64,000 nucleotides of DNA from Escherichia phage dhaeg. Shown here one piece after another: positions 42,801 to 50,716 of this stretch (positions within the stretch are counted from its first letter, which is position 1; each line of letters starts with the position of its first letter). The notes beneath the pieces are model-generated. The model saw only the letters and a program-made list of their open reading frames with translations. It did no database searches and was not told the DNA's origin. Both the position numbers and the translations under genes were made by a program. The DNA lies in the sequence record MN850609.1; one strand, 5' to 3'.

Positions 42801-43328
42801 ATGAAATTTTTAACCCCCATTTATCTAACCTTAATGCACGCCTTCGCTGAACGCGCCATTGAACGTTTAGACTCAGACCAATATACCTGGTATGAACCTA
42901 CTTCAAGAATGCAAGAGTTTGGTACTCTTCGACTTGACGGTGGGCGTCAAACAGGTAAAACAAGTGCCATTGCCCAGTTCGCAGCTGATTGGGTTTCCAA
43001 GGGTAATGATGTGATTGTTATGTCAAGTTCTTCGCACCGGTCACGCGAAATTTGTAATGTAATAAAAAGGGTTTCTAAGGCCCAACCACACCTTCAAGTA
43101 GAAGGTCCTGGGTTTGTTGTATATGATACCGTACGTTCATTTTTAGACGAAGATAACTTCCATAAGTATCGTGGTCTATCAGTTACTCGATTATTGATTA
43201 TTATCGAAGAGCCAATGCGCCTTCCAGCGATGGATAAGTTCTATGAAGCTTACCAGGTAATGATGAATAAATTTATGTGCCAGGGTTCTAAACCTCTGCC
43301 GCTGTTCTTTGTGATAGGAATGCAATGA
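42801..43328 (+). CDS. small P-loop NTPase-like protein
   Basis: 175 aa; Walker A-like GGRQTGKTS and Walker B-like LLIIIEEP. Confidence 0.55.
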   Translation: MKFLTPIYLTLMHAFAERAIERLDSDQYTWYEPTSRMQEFGTLRLDGGRQTGKTSAIAQFAADWVSKGNDVIVMSSSSHRSREICNVIKRVSKAQPHLQVEGPGFVVYDTVRSFLDEDNFHKYRGLSVTRLLIIIEEPMRLPAMDKFYEAYQVMMNKFMCQGSKPLPLFFVIGMQ

Positions 43329-43621
43329 TGACTGATGAAGAGCTTTTTGAGTTCTGTTATTTCTCACGTAAGGTTCGAAGAGAGGACCTTACTACAAATT
43401 TCGAATATGCTTATTTCTATCCATTAGAATATGTATTCATGTCAGGGCCCTTTAAGGGCTCTCGTTTTAGATGTCATGCCCCAAGCATCCGATTAATGAA
43501 ACAGGTTCCTTACTTCACTCTCGAGTTCATCTCTGGGCCGTGTAAGGGTATTATTACTCGCAGTCTCTTGACGTATGACCAAGAGATTCATATGATTTCT
43601 GACTGGAAAAAATATGTCTAA
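43325..43621 (+). CDS. hypothetical protein with internal SGP[FC]KG repeat
   Basis: 98 aa; ATGA overlap with upstream gene. Confidence 0.45.
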   Translation: MMTDEELFEFCYFSRKVRREDLTTNFEYAYFYPLEYVFMSGPFKGSRFRCHAPSIRLMKQVPYFTLEFISGPCKGIITRSLLTYDQEIHMISDWKKYV

Positions 43622-43832
43622 ATTGACAATTGAAGGCTCTGATGAAGCTCTGAAGAGATTTGTTGAATGGTTTAATGGGCCGGGTGAACAAGACTTTCTG
43701 GAAGTCTGGGACGGCGGCCAATGGAATGGTAAAGAAATTGTTTACCCAACTACTTATATCTCCGTGCAAGGTTGGACTGAAGGCCTTCGTTTGGTGGAAT
43801 ATGATATCGCAACTGGCGAGGAAGTGAAATGA
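43614..43832 (+). CDS. hypothetical protein
   Basis: 72 aa; overlapping start. Confidence 0.45.
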   Translation: MSKLTIEGSDEALKRFVEWFNGPGEQDFLEVWDGGQWNGKEIVYPTTYISVQGWTEGLRLVEYDIATGEEVK

Positions 43833-44107
43833 TTGAAGACATCAAAGGTTACAAGCCACATACCGACGATAAAATAGGTAAAGTGAATGCCATTAAAGAT
43901 GCTGAAGTTCGATTGGGCTTAATCTTTAAAGCATTAGAAGAAGAATATGTTGAAGCCTTTACATGCTCCGGTGTTGATAAAATGAGTGATGAAGAATTCG
44001 ACCTTACTCATGAACGCCTCGCCCAGATTCGTACGGCAATCGAACGCTTGAAAGAAGCATCCATGTGGGCCTGTCGTTCCGTTTTCCAACCGGAAGAGAA
44101 ATACTAA
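43829..44107 (+). CDS. hypothetical protein
   Basis: 92 aa; ATGA overlap. Confidence 0.45.
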   Translation: MIEDIKGYKPHTDDKIGKVNAIKDAEVRLGLIFKALEEEYVEAFTCSGVDKMSDEEFDLTHERLAQIRTAIERLKEASMWACRSVFQPEEKY

Positions 44108-44316
44108 TGAAAATCGAAAGTTTGCAAGAATTCCAACGTATCATCAGTGAAGCCTGTACTGGCTACCACAAATACTTGCTTGACGACCAAATGGCTTGTA
44201 TTGAAGAAGGTGAATTGCAGTACGCAGCCCAGCGCCTTGAACAGGTGAAAGAGTTTTATCCGGTGCTGGTAGAAATTTGTTCTGCTGTCGGAAAACTTAC
44301 CCCATTCCAAGAATAA
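44107..44316 (+). CDS. hypothetical protein
   Basis: 69 aa from ATG 44107 (ORF-track start 44065 is an alternative start). Confidence 0.45.
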   Translation: MKIESLQEFQRIISEACTGYHKYLLDDQMACIEEGELQYAAQRLEQVKEFYPVLVEICSAVGKLTPFQE

Positions 44317-44320
44317 AGCA

Positions 44321-44349
44321 GTTTACATCTCCTGTAGACGTGGTACTAT
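44321..44349 (+). promoter_or_regulatory. early promoter cassette for regB (direct repeat of the denV cassette)
   Basis: GTTTACA-16-TACTAT; about 60-bp near-identical repeat of 42185-42245. Confidence 0.6.
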
Positions 44350-44377
44350 AGACCTATCAACTACAGGAGATTACAAA

Positions 44378-44836
44378 ATGTCAGAAATTAATTCAGAAGT
44401 ATTCATCCGCCGCAACAAATTACGTCGTCAGTTCGAAACCGAATTTCGTGAACTTAACGCGTCCATCAAAAAAGCCGCCATTAAGAGCGGTGTCCCAGCT
44501 TTCTTTATTAAGTACTCTAATCACTTGTTGGACCGTGCTATCCAACGTGAAATTGACGAAAAATATGTTTTCTCTTTGTTCAAGAAGCTCCATAATCATG
44601 TTAAAGAAATCCATGAATTTTTAATCCAGGAGCCTCTTCCTGACATAGAATCTGAAATTGTCCCAGGTAAAGTGTATCGTCCACTGCGTCTCGAGATTAC
44701 CGATAAAACCTTATGGTTGGGTATGACCGTAGATCGTAAACATCCTGATAAAGGATATTCATTAAAATGTCGTATGGCATTTGTTAATTCTAAACGTTTA
44801 GAAGGTAAAACCAGCACGAAAGTAATCTATCTTTAA
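44378..44836 (+). CDS. regB: site-specific RNA endonuclease RegB
   Basis: 152 aa; EVFIRRNKLRR.FE.EFR ... HLLDRAIQREIDE.YVF ... RLEITD..LWLG matches recalled T4 RegB. Confidence 0.9.
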   Translation: MSEINSEVFIRRNKLRRQFETEFRELNASIKKAAIKSGVPAFFIKYSNHLLDRAIQREIDEKYVFSLFKKLHNHVKEIHEFLIQEPLPDIESEIVPGKVYRPLRLEITDKTLWLGMTVDRKHPDKGYSLKCRMAFVNSKRLEGKTSTKVIYL

Positions 44837-44848
44837 TAATGAGGTCTC

Positions 44849-45388
44849 ATGAAAAAAGTATTAGCCACTTTACTATTGACAGTTAGTATGTCTGCCTATA
44901 GCGTAGAGCCTACTTTCAGTAATGAACAACTCGATAATTTACATTATGCGTATGCTTTCGGTGAACAATACCAAAAGTCGGGAAAGTTCAAAGAAAACCC
45001 TAATCAAAAAGGATTAGGATATATAATGGCCGGATTATTATGGCAGGAATCATCTGCTGGAATTAATCAAGGTTTAAATAAAGATAAGCACCATGCTTAT
45101 GGCATGTTCCAAAATTACTTGCCTACGTTAAGAAGTCGTGTTCAACAGGTAGGTTGGAAGATGTCAGACAAAGAAATAATTCGCATGGTCCAAAAACGAC
45201 AGAACAGTGCCTCTTGGGCCTACATTGAGCTGTCTTATTGGATTGATGTTCACAAAGGTGACCTGAGAAAAGCGATTGCTTCTTATAATGCGGGCTGGAA
45301 TGTCAAAGCAGGCAGTAAATATGCTTCCGAAGTTCTAGAAAAGGCCAATTACCTAAAATCTAAAAAGATGTTTGAGGCGGTATATTAA
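44849..45388 (+). CDS. secreted lytic transglycosylase-like (SLT domain) protein
   Basis: 179 aa; N-terminal signal peptide; SLT-like motifs LLWQESSAG, GMFQ, SYNAG. Confidence 0.6.
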   Translation: MKKVLATLLLTVSMSAYSVEPTFSNEQLDNLHYAYAFGEQYQKSGKFKENPNQKGLGYIMAGLLWQESSAGINQGLNKDKHHAYGMFQNYLPTLRSRVQQVGWKMSDKEIIRMVQKRQNSASWAYIELSYWIDVHKGDLRKAIASYNAGWNVKAGSKYASEVLEKANYLKSKKMFEAVY

Positions 45389-45745
45389 ATGATTAAACAG
45401 ATGACTATAGCGCTTATGTTGATTGCTCCGGGAGTATTAGCATCACAGGTTGATGATACAAATAATTCAATTGTCGAGTATGCCACCCGTACAGCAAAAG
45501 ATTATTGTCATCCGAGTAATACTGAATGTGTTATTGAATTCAGTTCAAAAATAACAGCTGCTTTTAAAGATGGACAGAACGACGTCGAGCATCGCCGAAT
45601 GAAAGAGAAAACTCTTTCTAAAAGATACGAGCAACGTCTAAACGTTACTGAATGTGTTCCGTCTGATAAAAAGTACAAAGAAATGTGCGCGTCTATGGTA
45701 GACAGACTCGTTGACTCTTACAACCGAGGGCTAAACTCTAAATGA
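45389..45745 (+). CDS. small secreted protein (signal peptide, Cys-containing)
   Basis: 118 aa; N-terminal MIKQMTIALMLIAPGVLAS. Confidence 0.5.
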   Translation: MIKQMTIALMLIAPGVLASQVDDTNNSIVEYATRTAKDYCHPSNTECVIEFSSKITAAFKDGQNDVEHRRMKEKTLSKRYEQRLNVTECVPSDKKYKEMCASMVDRLVDSYNRGLNSK

Positions 45746-46221
45746 TTATTGATTATATTAAGGGCGATATCGTCGCCCTGTTTCTTCAAGGTAATATTAT
45801 TGCACACGGGTGCAACTGTTTTCATACTATGGGTTCAGGTGTGGCTGGTCAATTAGCAAAGGCCTATCCTAAAATATTAGAAATTGATAAGACCACTACT
45901 GAATATGGTTCTCGTGATAAATTGGGTGATATGTCTATTGTTTTTAAACATAAGCCTAATGGATTTGCAATGTGCTATAATTTATACACCCAATACGAAC
46001 CAGGCCCTAATCTTGATTACGGTGCTTTAGTAAACTGTATGATAGAATTAAATCTACAAGCAAATGACCTTTTGTTTAAACCAAGAATTTATATTCCTCG
46101 CATTGGTTGTGGTATTGCTGGTGGTGATTGGGACAAGGTTTCTAAATTAATCGACATGTTTACTCCTGATATTGATTTAATAGTGGTGGATTATGAAAGC
46201 ACATTACCCACATCCGTTTGA
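45742..46221 (+). CDS. macro domain protein (ADP-ribose binding/hydrolase fold)
   Basis: 159 aa; KGDI..., AHGCNC...MGSGVAGQL and IPRIGCGIAGG align to the canonical macro-domain Gly-rich motifs. Confidence 0.7.
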   Translation: MIIDYIKGDIVALFLQGNIIAHGCNCFHTMGSGVAGQLAKAYPKILEIDKTTTEYGSRDKLGDMSIVFKHKPNGFAMCYNLYTQYEPGPNLDYGALVNCMIELNLQANDLLFKPRIYIPRIGCGIAGGDWDKVSKLIDMFTPDIDLIVVDYESTLPTSV

Positions 46222-46405
46222 CCCTAAAAATAAAGCTGAAATTATTCGGCGCTGGACTGAAACTCGAGTAACCAAATGCCCTATAAAAAGTCAGCATAAC
46301 ACCGATAAATGGTATATTGGTGAATATGTTGAATATACTTTTATAGATAAAAATAAACGTAAACAGCATGTAGAAGAATATTGCTTAAAGGTACAATGGT
46401 TATGA
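46193..46405 (+). CDS. hypothetical protein (overlaps 3' end of macro-domain gene)
   Basis: 70 aa; ATG with GGTGGA RBS; 29-nt out-of-frame overlap. Confidence 0.35.
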   Translation: MKAHYPHPFDPKNKAEIIRRWTETRVTKCPIKSQHNTDKWYIGEYVEYTFIDKNKRKQHVEEYCLKVQWL

Positions 46406-46608
46406 GCCAAGCCCGAATTCTTAAAACAGCCAAATGTGAAAAATGCGAATGGCCGGTAATCGCAGCTTTATGCAACGATGAAATGAATTGCGAATATGAT
46501 TACTGGTGGTACTGTTCTAATAAAGGATGTTCTAATCATAAAGGTGAAGGTTTTCATTCTGGTTATTGCGAACATCCTAAATTTGTGCGATATGGTGAAC
46601 CTAAATGA
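46402..46608 (+). CDS. Cys-rich small protein (putative zinc-binding)
   Basis: Start at ATGA overlap 46402 (ORF-track 46381 is TTG); CEKCEW...C...C...C...GYCEHP. Confidence 0.45.
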   Translation: MSQARILKTAKCEKCEWPVIAALCNDEMNCEYDYWWYCSNKGCSNHKGEGFHSGYCEHPKFVRYGEPK

Positions 46609-46790
46609 GTTTGAGTAAAGAACAGAAAGACAAATTGTTTGAGCTTATCCATGAGCTTTTGGATGAACATGCCGAAGCAAACGCTTTTTACGATGAATAT
46701 GGCCCGATAGATGCCGACCATCAGGAAGAATTTGCTAATCGATTTGATGAGAAAGAAAACGAATTAATTGCTTATGTGAATAGTCTTTAA
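46605..46790 (+). CDS. hypothetical acidic protein
   Basis: 61 aa; ATGA overlap. Confidence 0.45.
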   Translation: MSLSKEQKDKLFELIHELLDEHAEANAFYDEYGPIDADHQEEFANRFDEKENELIAYVNSL

Positions 46791-46799
46791 GAAGGTAAT

Positions 46800-47372
46800 A
46801 TGGCTCAACTTTATTTTCACTATGCGGCAATGAACTCAGGTAAGACAGCTTCATTGCTAACGGCGGCTCATAACTACAAAGAACGTGGTATGGGCGTGCT
46901 CCTTTTAAAGCCTGCGATAGACAATAGAGAATCAAGCCATACCATTTCGTCTCGTATAGGGATTAGTCAAGAGGCTAATGCAGTGACTCCGGATATGGAC
47001 CTATACGAGTTCTATCGTTGGGCTGAATCTCAAAAAGATATCCACTGTGTGTTTGTGGATGAAGCACAGTTCTTAGAACCTGCACAGATAAAACAACTGG
47101 CAAAGATAGTAGACAATTATAATGTTCCAGTTATGTGTTATGGACTAAGAACTGATTTTCAGGGTAAACTGTTTCCTGGTTCTGCCGAATTACTCGCTAC
47201 GGCAGATAAACTCGTTGAGTACAAAGGTGTGTGCCATTGTGGCCGTAAAGCTACTATGACTGCTAGGGTCCAAGATGGTATCGCAATTAAGGACGGAGCC
47301 CAAGTTTCTATAGGTGGCAACGATTCTTACGTGTCATTGTGCAGGAAGCACTGGATAGAAATAACGAGTTGA
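46800..47372 (+). CDS. tk: thymidine kinase
   Basis: 190 aa; ...YAAMN.GK.ASLL.AAHNYKERGM.VL.LKPAID.R ... IHCVFVDEAQFL ... VCHCG.KA.MTAR ... SLCRKHW matches recalled T4 Tk. Confidence 0.95.
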   Translation: MAQLYFHYAAMNSGKTASLLTAAHNYKERGMGVLLLKPAIDNRESSHTISSRIGISQEANAVTPDMDLYEFYRWAESQKDIHCVFVDEAQFLEPAQIKQLAKIVDNYNVPVMCYGLRTDFQGKLFPGSAELLATADKLVEYKGVCHCGRKATMTARVQDGIAIKDGAQVSIGGNDSYVSLCRKHWIEITS

Positions 47373-47379
47373 GGGTACT

Positions 47380-47658
47380 ATGGACCTAAATTCAAAGATT
47401 TTAATTCTAGCGTTCGCTGTGGCCATCTCTTATATTGTTCTTTCGCCCATCATGGATGATGTGGCTTACAAAAGAGAGATAGAAGTTGTAGCAGCGACGT
47501 ATAATGCTAATAATAAAGAATGTCCTAATAAAAATGGAATGGATTTAATTAAAGCGCATTATATGCTTTCCATTACCTCGCCTATACAGAGGAATTGGGT
47601 TGAATATAATTTTAACGACGTGTTCTATTCTTATTGTCGTAAGCTTAAAAAGCTATAA
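47380..47658 (+). CDS. hypothetical protein with N-terminal hydrophobic segment
   Basis: 92 aa ORF directly after tk. Confidence 0.5.
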   Translation: MDLNSKILILAFAVAISYIVLSPIMDDVAYKREIEVVAATYNANNKECPNKNGMDLIKAHYMLSITSPIQRNWVEYNFNDVFYSYCRKLKKL

Positions 47659-47661
47659 ATA
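47654..47661 (+). promoter_or_regulatory. late promoter (TATAAATA) upstream of rI
   Basis: Exact TATAAATA about 90 nt upstream of rI ATG, overlapping the end of the preceding ORF. Confidence 0.5.
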
Positions 47662-47751
47662 GTAATACTAACCGTAGAGCTTTAGCTTTTGGTAATCGCT
47701 ATCGGTTAAGGCCGAAAGGCAAATTCGTATAAAATAACAAAGGACTTTTGT

Positions 47752-48045
47752 ATGGGTATTTTCCGTACAGTGGCTTGTATCCTTATGATTGGATGTTTAA
47801 GCCCGACATCTTCACTAGCAAACAAATCCGACCCTAAATTGATGGATGCCTTTGCTAGTAGTGCGATGCCAGTTTATGCGCAAATGAGTAAACCTAGTGT
47901 AAAGGCTTCCGAAGACTACTGGGCTTATGTAACTGCTTCTTGGAAAATTTCAAATTGCAATACAATAGAGTCTTGCTCGATTGAAGGTCGGGCTATCGGA
48001 GAACGATACGCTAAACTAATGAAGGTAGATGATGAAATTCAATGA
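47752..48045 (+). CDS. rI: lysis inhibition regulator (antiholin) RI
   Basis: 97 aa as in T4 RI; N-terminal signal-anchor; conserved pattern DP..D.F.S...Y....SV..SE...V....K..C....C..G....YA..M recalled from T4 RI; position near tk. Confidence 0.75.
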   Translation: MGIFRTVACILMIGCLSPTSSLANKSDPKLMDAFASSAMPVYAQMSKPSVKASEDYWAYVTASWKISNCNTIESCSIEGRAIGERYAKLMKVDDEIQ

Positions 48046-48415
48046 TTTCGTACTTAGTCGAGGGACTGAAGTAGATTCTTATATTGGCTGGCTGTTGGTT
48101 TCTTTAGCCTATTTTAAGTCAGCCCATTTGGAAACCAAAAGCTATGCAAGACACAAAGCATATGACTTCTATTATACAGAAGTTCAAGGACCACTAGACC
48201 AGTTCAGTGAACAGTATTTAGGATTTAGTGGCAAAGAATATAAAGCATCACTACCGTCTGCTTCAGAACTGCCTAAAGACCCCATAGATTTTCTTGATGA
48301 ACTTATTAAAGCGTCTGATAAAATCTACAAAAATCTTCCTAAGGCCATCCAATCGACTTTGGACGACATCACTGGTGTCTTTTACCAGACTAAGTATTTG
48401 TTAACGTTAGAATAA
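48029..48415 (+). CDS. hypothetical protein (rI.-1 position)
   Basis: 128 aa; overlaps rI stop. Confidence 0.5.
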   Translation: MMKFNDFVLSRGTEVDSYIGWLLVSLAYFKSAHLETKSYARHKAYDFYYTEVQGPLDQFSEQYLGFSGKEYKASLPSASELPKDPIDFLDELIKASDKIYKNLPKAIQSTLDDITGVFYQTKYLLTLE

Positions 48416-48417
48416 TC

Positions 48418-48446
48418 AAAGGTCTCACTTCGGTGGGACCTTTTTT
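48418..48446 (+). terminator. rho-independent terminator
   Basis: GGUCUCAC-UUCG-GUGGGACC followed by UUUUUU. Confidence 0.65.
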
Positions 48447-48455
48447 CGTTTTAGT

Positions 48456-48484
48456 GTTTACATCCTCTAGGAACGTGATACTAT
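48456..48484 (+). promoter_or_regulatory. early promoter cassette
   Basis: GTTTACA-16-TACTAT plus gacctatcaactaatgaggag leader; -35-proximal ATCCTC can pair with the GAGGAG RBS. Confidence 0.6.
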
Positions 48485-48512
48485 AGACCTATCAACTAAT
48501 GAGGAGAATAAA

Positions 48513-48743
48513 ATGAAAACCATCACCAACCTGAAAGTTATCGATATCGCTAAAGCTTCTAAAGCACTTAAAGTTAAAGCTGAAGATTTTGAAAACGCTA
48601 CCTTTGCTATTATCGAACAAAACGGTAAAGTAACTGGTTTAGAAGTTTATGAAGCTACTAAGTTCCAATCACAGCCTAAAATGGTTATTGGTACTAAATC
48701 TGTAGCTATCGAAAAAGCTTTGGCATTATTCGAAAAAATTTAA
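48513..48743 (+). CDS. hypothetical protein
   Basis: 76 aa ORF with GAGGAG RBS. Confidence 0.5.
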   Translation: MKTITNLKVIDIAKASKALKVKAEDFENATFAIIEQNGKVTGLEVYEATKFQSQPKMVIGTKSVAIEKALALFEKI

Positions 48744-48756
48744 TGAGGAAAATATT

Positions 48757-48939
48757 ATGTTAACTACCGAACAGATTGAGAAAATTATCAAACTCGCCCA
48801 GCACATTGAAAACGCATCCAATGACCTGGCTGTTGAATATTGTGAAGGTTATTCGTATTCCGGAATAGAGCAGTGTAAACGAGATTTGGCTAACTCTAAA
48901 GCAGCCTTGGTTGAGTATCTTAATGGGTTGAAAGCATAG
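48757..48939 (+). CDS. hypothetical protein
   Basis: 60 aa ORF, GAGGAAAATATT RBS. Confidence 0.45.
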   Translation: MLTTEQIEKIIKLAQHIENASNDLAVEYCEGYSYSGIEQCKRDLANSKAALVEYLNGLKA

Positions 48940-49196
48940 TGGCCGTTGGATTTGCTAAGGACGGGGCCGAACAGCTCGAAATGGAAGCGGTCGTACAGGC
49001 CGCTATAGTACACGCCCGTAAGCAAGTAGCAGTTGAACGTGAATCGGCTAAATATTGTTTTGATTGTGATGAAGAGATTCCTGAAGCACGACGTCAAGCT
49101 ATTAAGGGTGTGATATACTGTGTAGGTTGTCAGTCAATGCATGATGAAATTTTTAAACGTGAGCCACGTAACTGTTGGCATAGGAGCATGAGATGA
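48939..49196 (+). CDS. TraR/DksA-family C4 zinc-finger protein
   Basis: C-terminal CFDCDEEIPEARRQAIKGVIYCVGCQ matches TraR/DksA zinc finger; ORF-track start is GTG; alternative ATG at 48981 gives a 71-aa TraR-sized product. Confidence 0.55.
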   Translation: MAVGFAKDGAEQLEMEAVVQAAIVHARKQVAVERESAKYCFDCDEEIPEARRQAIKGVIYCVGCQSMHDEIFKREPRNCWHRSMR

Positions 49197-49287
49197 TTTA
49201 CTATCTTGAACCTTGGGCTTGGCTTACAATGCTTATTGGTCCAGTTTTAATAGGTTTATTCTTTTCACGGTTAGCGAGGAAACTGTA

Positions 49288-49497
49288 ATGTTATACGACC
49301 CGAGTGGTAATTCTGAAGATGGTGTTATTGTTTTGAAACCTGAAACATTAGCAGGTTCAGGTGATGATATGACTGTTGAAGTGGTAGAGTGGAATCTTAT
49401 TAAAGGCGGAATTGTCCTGGAACAAGATGACGAGGTCATTTATCTGGATGCAAGCCAAGTCGAAGAGCTTTATAGTATTTTAAAACATAACCGGTGA
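49288..49497 (+). CDS. hypothetical protein
   Basis: 69 aa from ATG 49288 after GAGGAAA (ORF-track start 49213 is TTG). Confidence 0.45.
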   Translation: MLYDPSGNSEDGVIVLKPETLAGSGDDMTVEVVEWNLIKGGIVLEQDDEVIYLDASQVEELYSILKHNR

Positions 49498-49500
49498 TTT

Positions 49501-49683
49501 ATGAAAACCAAAGAAAAGCACTTAAAGCTTGAAGAGCTTATCGAGGCCTATGCTGGTACAGTTGCCAGATTCGAAACAGCATTTTGTCACCATTACTCGG
49601 TTGATGATTGTACTAGGCTTTCTAAAGAAGAAGATAAAGCCCTTAAAGAATTGCTAAATTTTATTAAACAAAATGTGAAATGA
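49501..49683 (+). CDS. hypothetical protein
   Basis: 60 aa ORF. Confidence 0.45.
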   Translation: MKTKEKHLKLEELIEAYAGTVARFETAFCHHYSVDDCTRLSKEEDKALKELLNFIKQNVK

Positions 49684-49693
49684 GGAACGGAAA

Positions 49694-50254
49694 ATGATTA
49701 TTGAAACATCTGGGCTGTTTGGTGACCTGACTGCTGAAGTAGTTGATAATGCAATTGTGCTTTCACAAGAAGACGATAAAATCGTACTGACTATCCAAGA
49801 TATCAAGCCGCTTTATGATTTAAAGGTTTTGGACAAACACGAATATCTTAATGGCAGATTTAGAGGTGTATTTGATATTAATGATGGTTTATGGGCCCAG
49901 ATTTATAACCATGACAAAGGGTTTAATTTGGAAACAGACGGAGAATGTCTGAGCATTAGCGATTCTAGTAATTTCTTTAAATGTATTTTTAAACTGTTCC
50001 AGGAAGAATGCAAGCCGGAAGTTGAATGGAAAGTCCCTGGTCAAGATGCCGTAATTCGTTCTAGTGAAACATTTGAAGGTGATGAAGAAGAAATGGATTA
50101 TGATACCGAACTAACCGTGTATCAACACCAGGGCCGTGATTTGCTATCCTTGGTCCAAAGACACGACGGTGAAAATGAAGTTGTATTTACGAAGGACGAG
50201 CTAAAAGTTTTAGTATCTTATCTGAACTCTGTTATCCCAACTATGAACTCTTAA
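49694..50254 (+). CDS. hypothetical acidic protein
   Basis: 186 aa ORF with GAGGAA RBS. Confidence 0.5.
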   Translation: MIIETSGLFGDLTAEVVDNAIVLSQEDDKIVLTIQDIKPLYDLKVLDKHEYLNGRFRGVFDINDGLWAQIYNHDKGFNLETDGECLSISDSSNFFKCIFKLFQEECKPEVEWKVPGQDAVIRSSETFEGDEEEMDYDTELTVYQHQGRDLLSLVQRHDGENEVVFTKDELKVLVSYLNSVIPTMNS

Positions 50255-50263
50255 GGAAATATT

Positions 50264-50716
50264 ATGATTATCAATGAAAACTCTTGGCATGTTAAATTAC
50301 ATGACCGCTTTTATGCCAGTTATTCGCGTCCGCGATCATTATGCGCATACTTCTGGAAAATGGTTTGGGTGTGCTTTATGTGTTCTGTGCTTGCAGGTAG
50401 TACTATTTTCGGCTTAACTGTTGCAGGTGCCGGTATATTGGAGCAGTTCTTTGTATTGAGTACTCCTGTTGGTTTAAGTTTAGGTTTTATTTTAGGACTG
50501 ATTATAATAGCCCTTATTCTAGCGGTAGCTTTTGGTTTGGTGTATGGTCTAATGAATTTATGGGCCCGGTACGATTTACGTAAAGAAGAAAAAGAATGGG
50601 AACGCATTAAAGCTAAACGTGAAGGAAAGGAAATTAAAGAAAATGTTTTCATTCAATATATTAAAGCTCGTAAATCTAAGATGTGTCCGGTAATCCATTT
50701 TGAGGCTAAGAAATGA
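50264..50716 (+). CDS. membrane protein
   Basis: 150 aa; multiple hydrophobic helices. Confidence 0.5.
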   Translation: MIINENSWHVKLHDRFYASYSRPRSLCAYFWKMVWVCFMCSVLAGSTIFGLTVAGAGILEQFFVLSTPVGLSLGFILGLIIIALILAVAFGLVYGLMNLWARYDLRKEEKEWERIKAKREGKEIKENVFIQYIKARKSKMCPVIHFEAKK

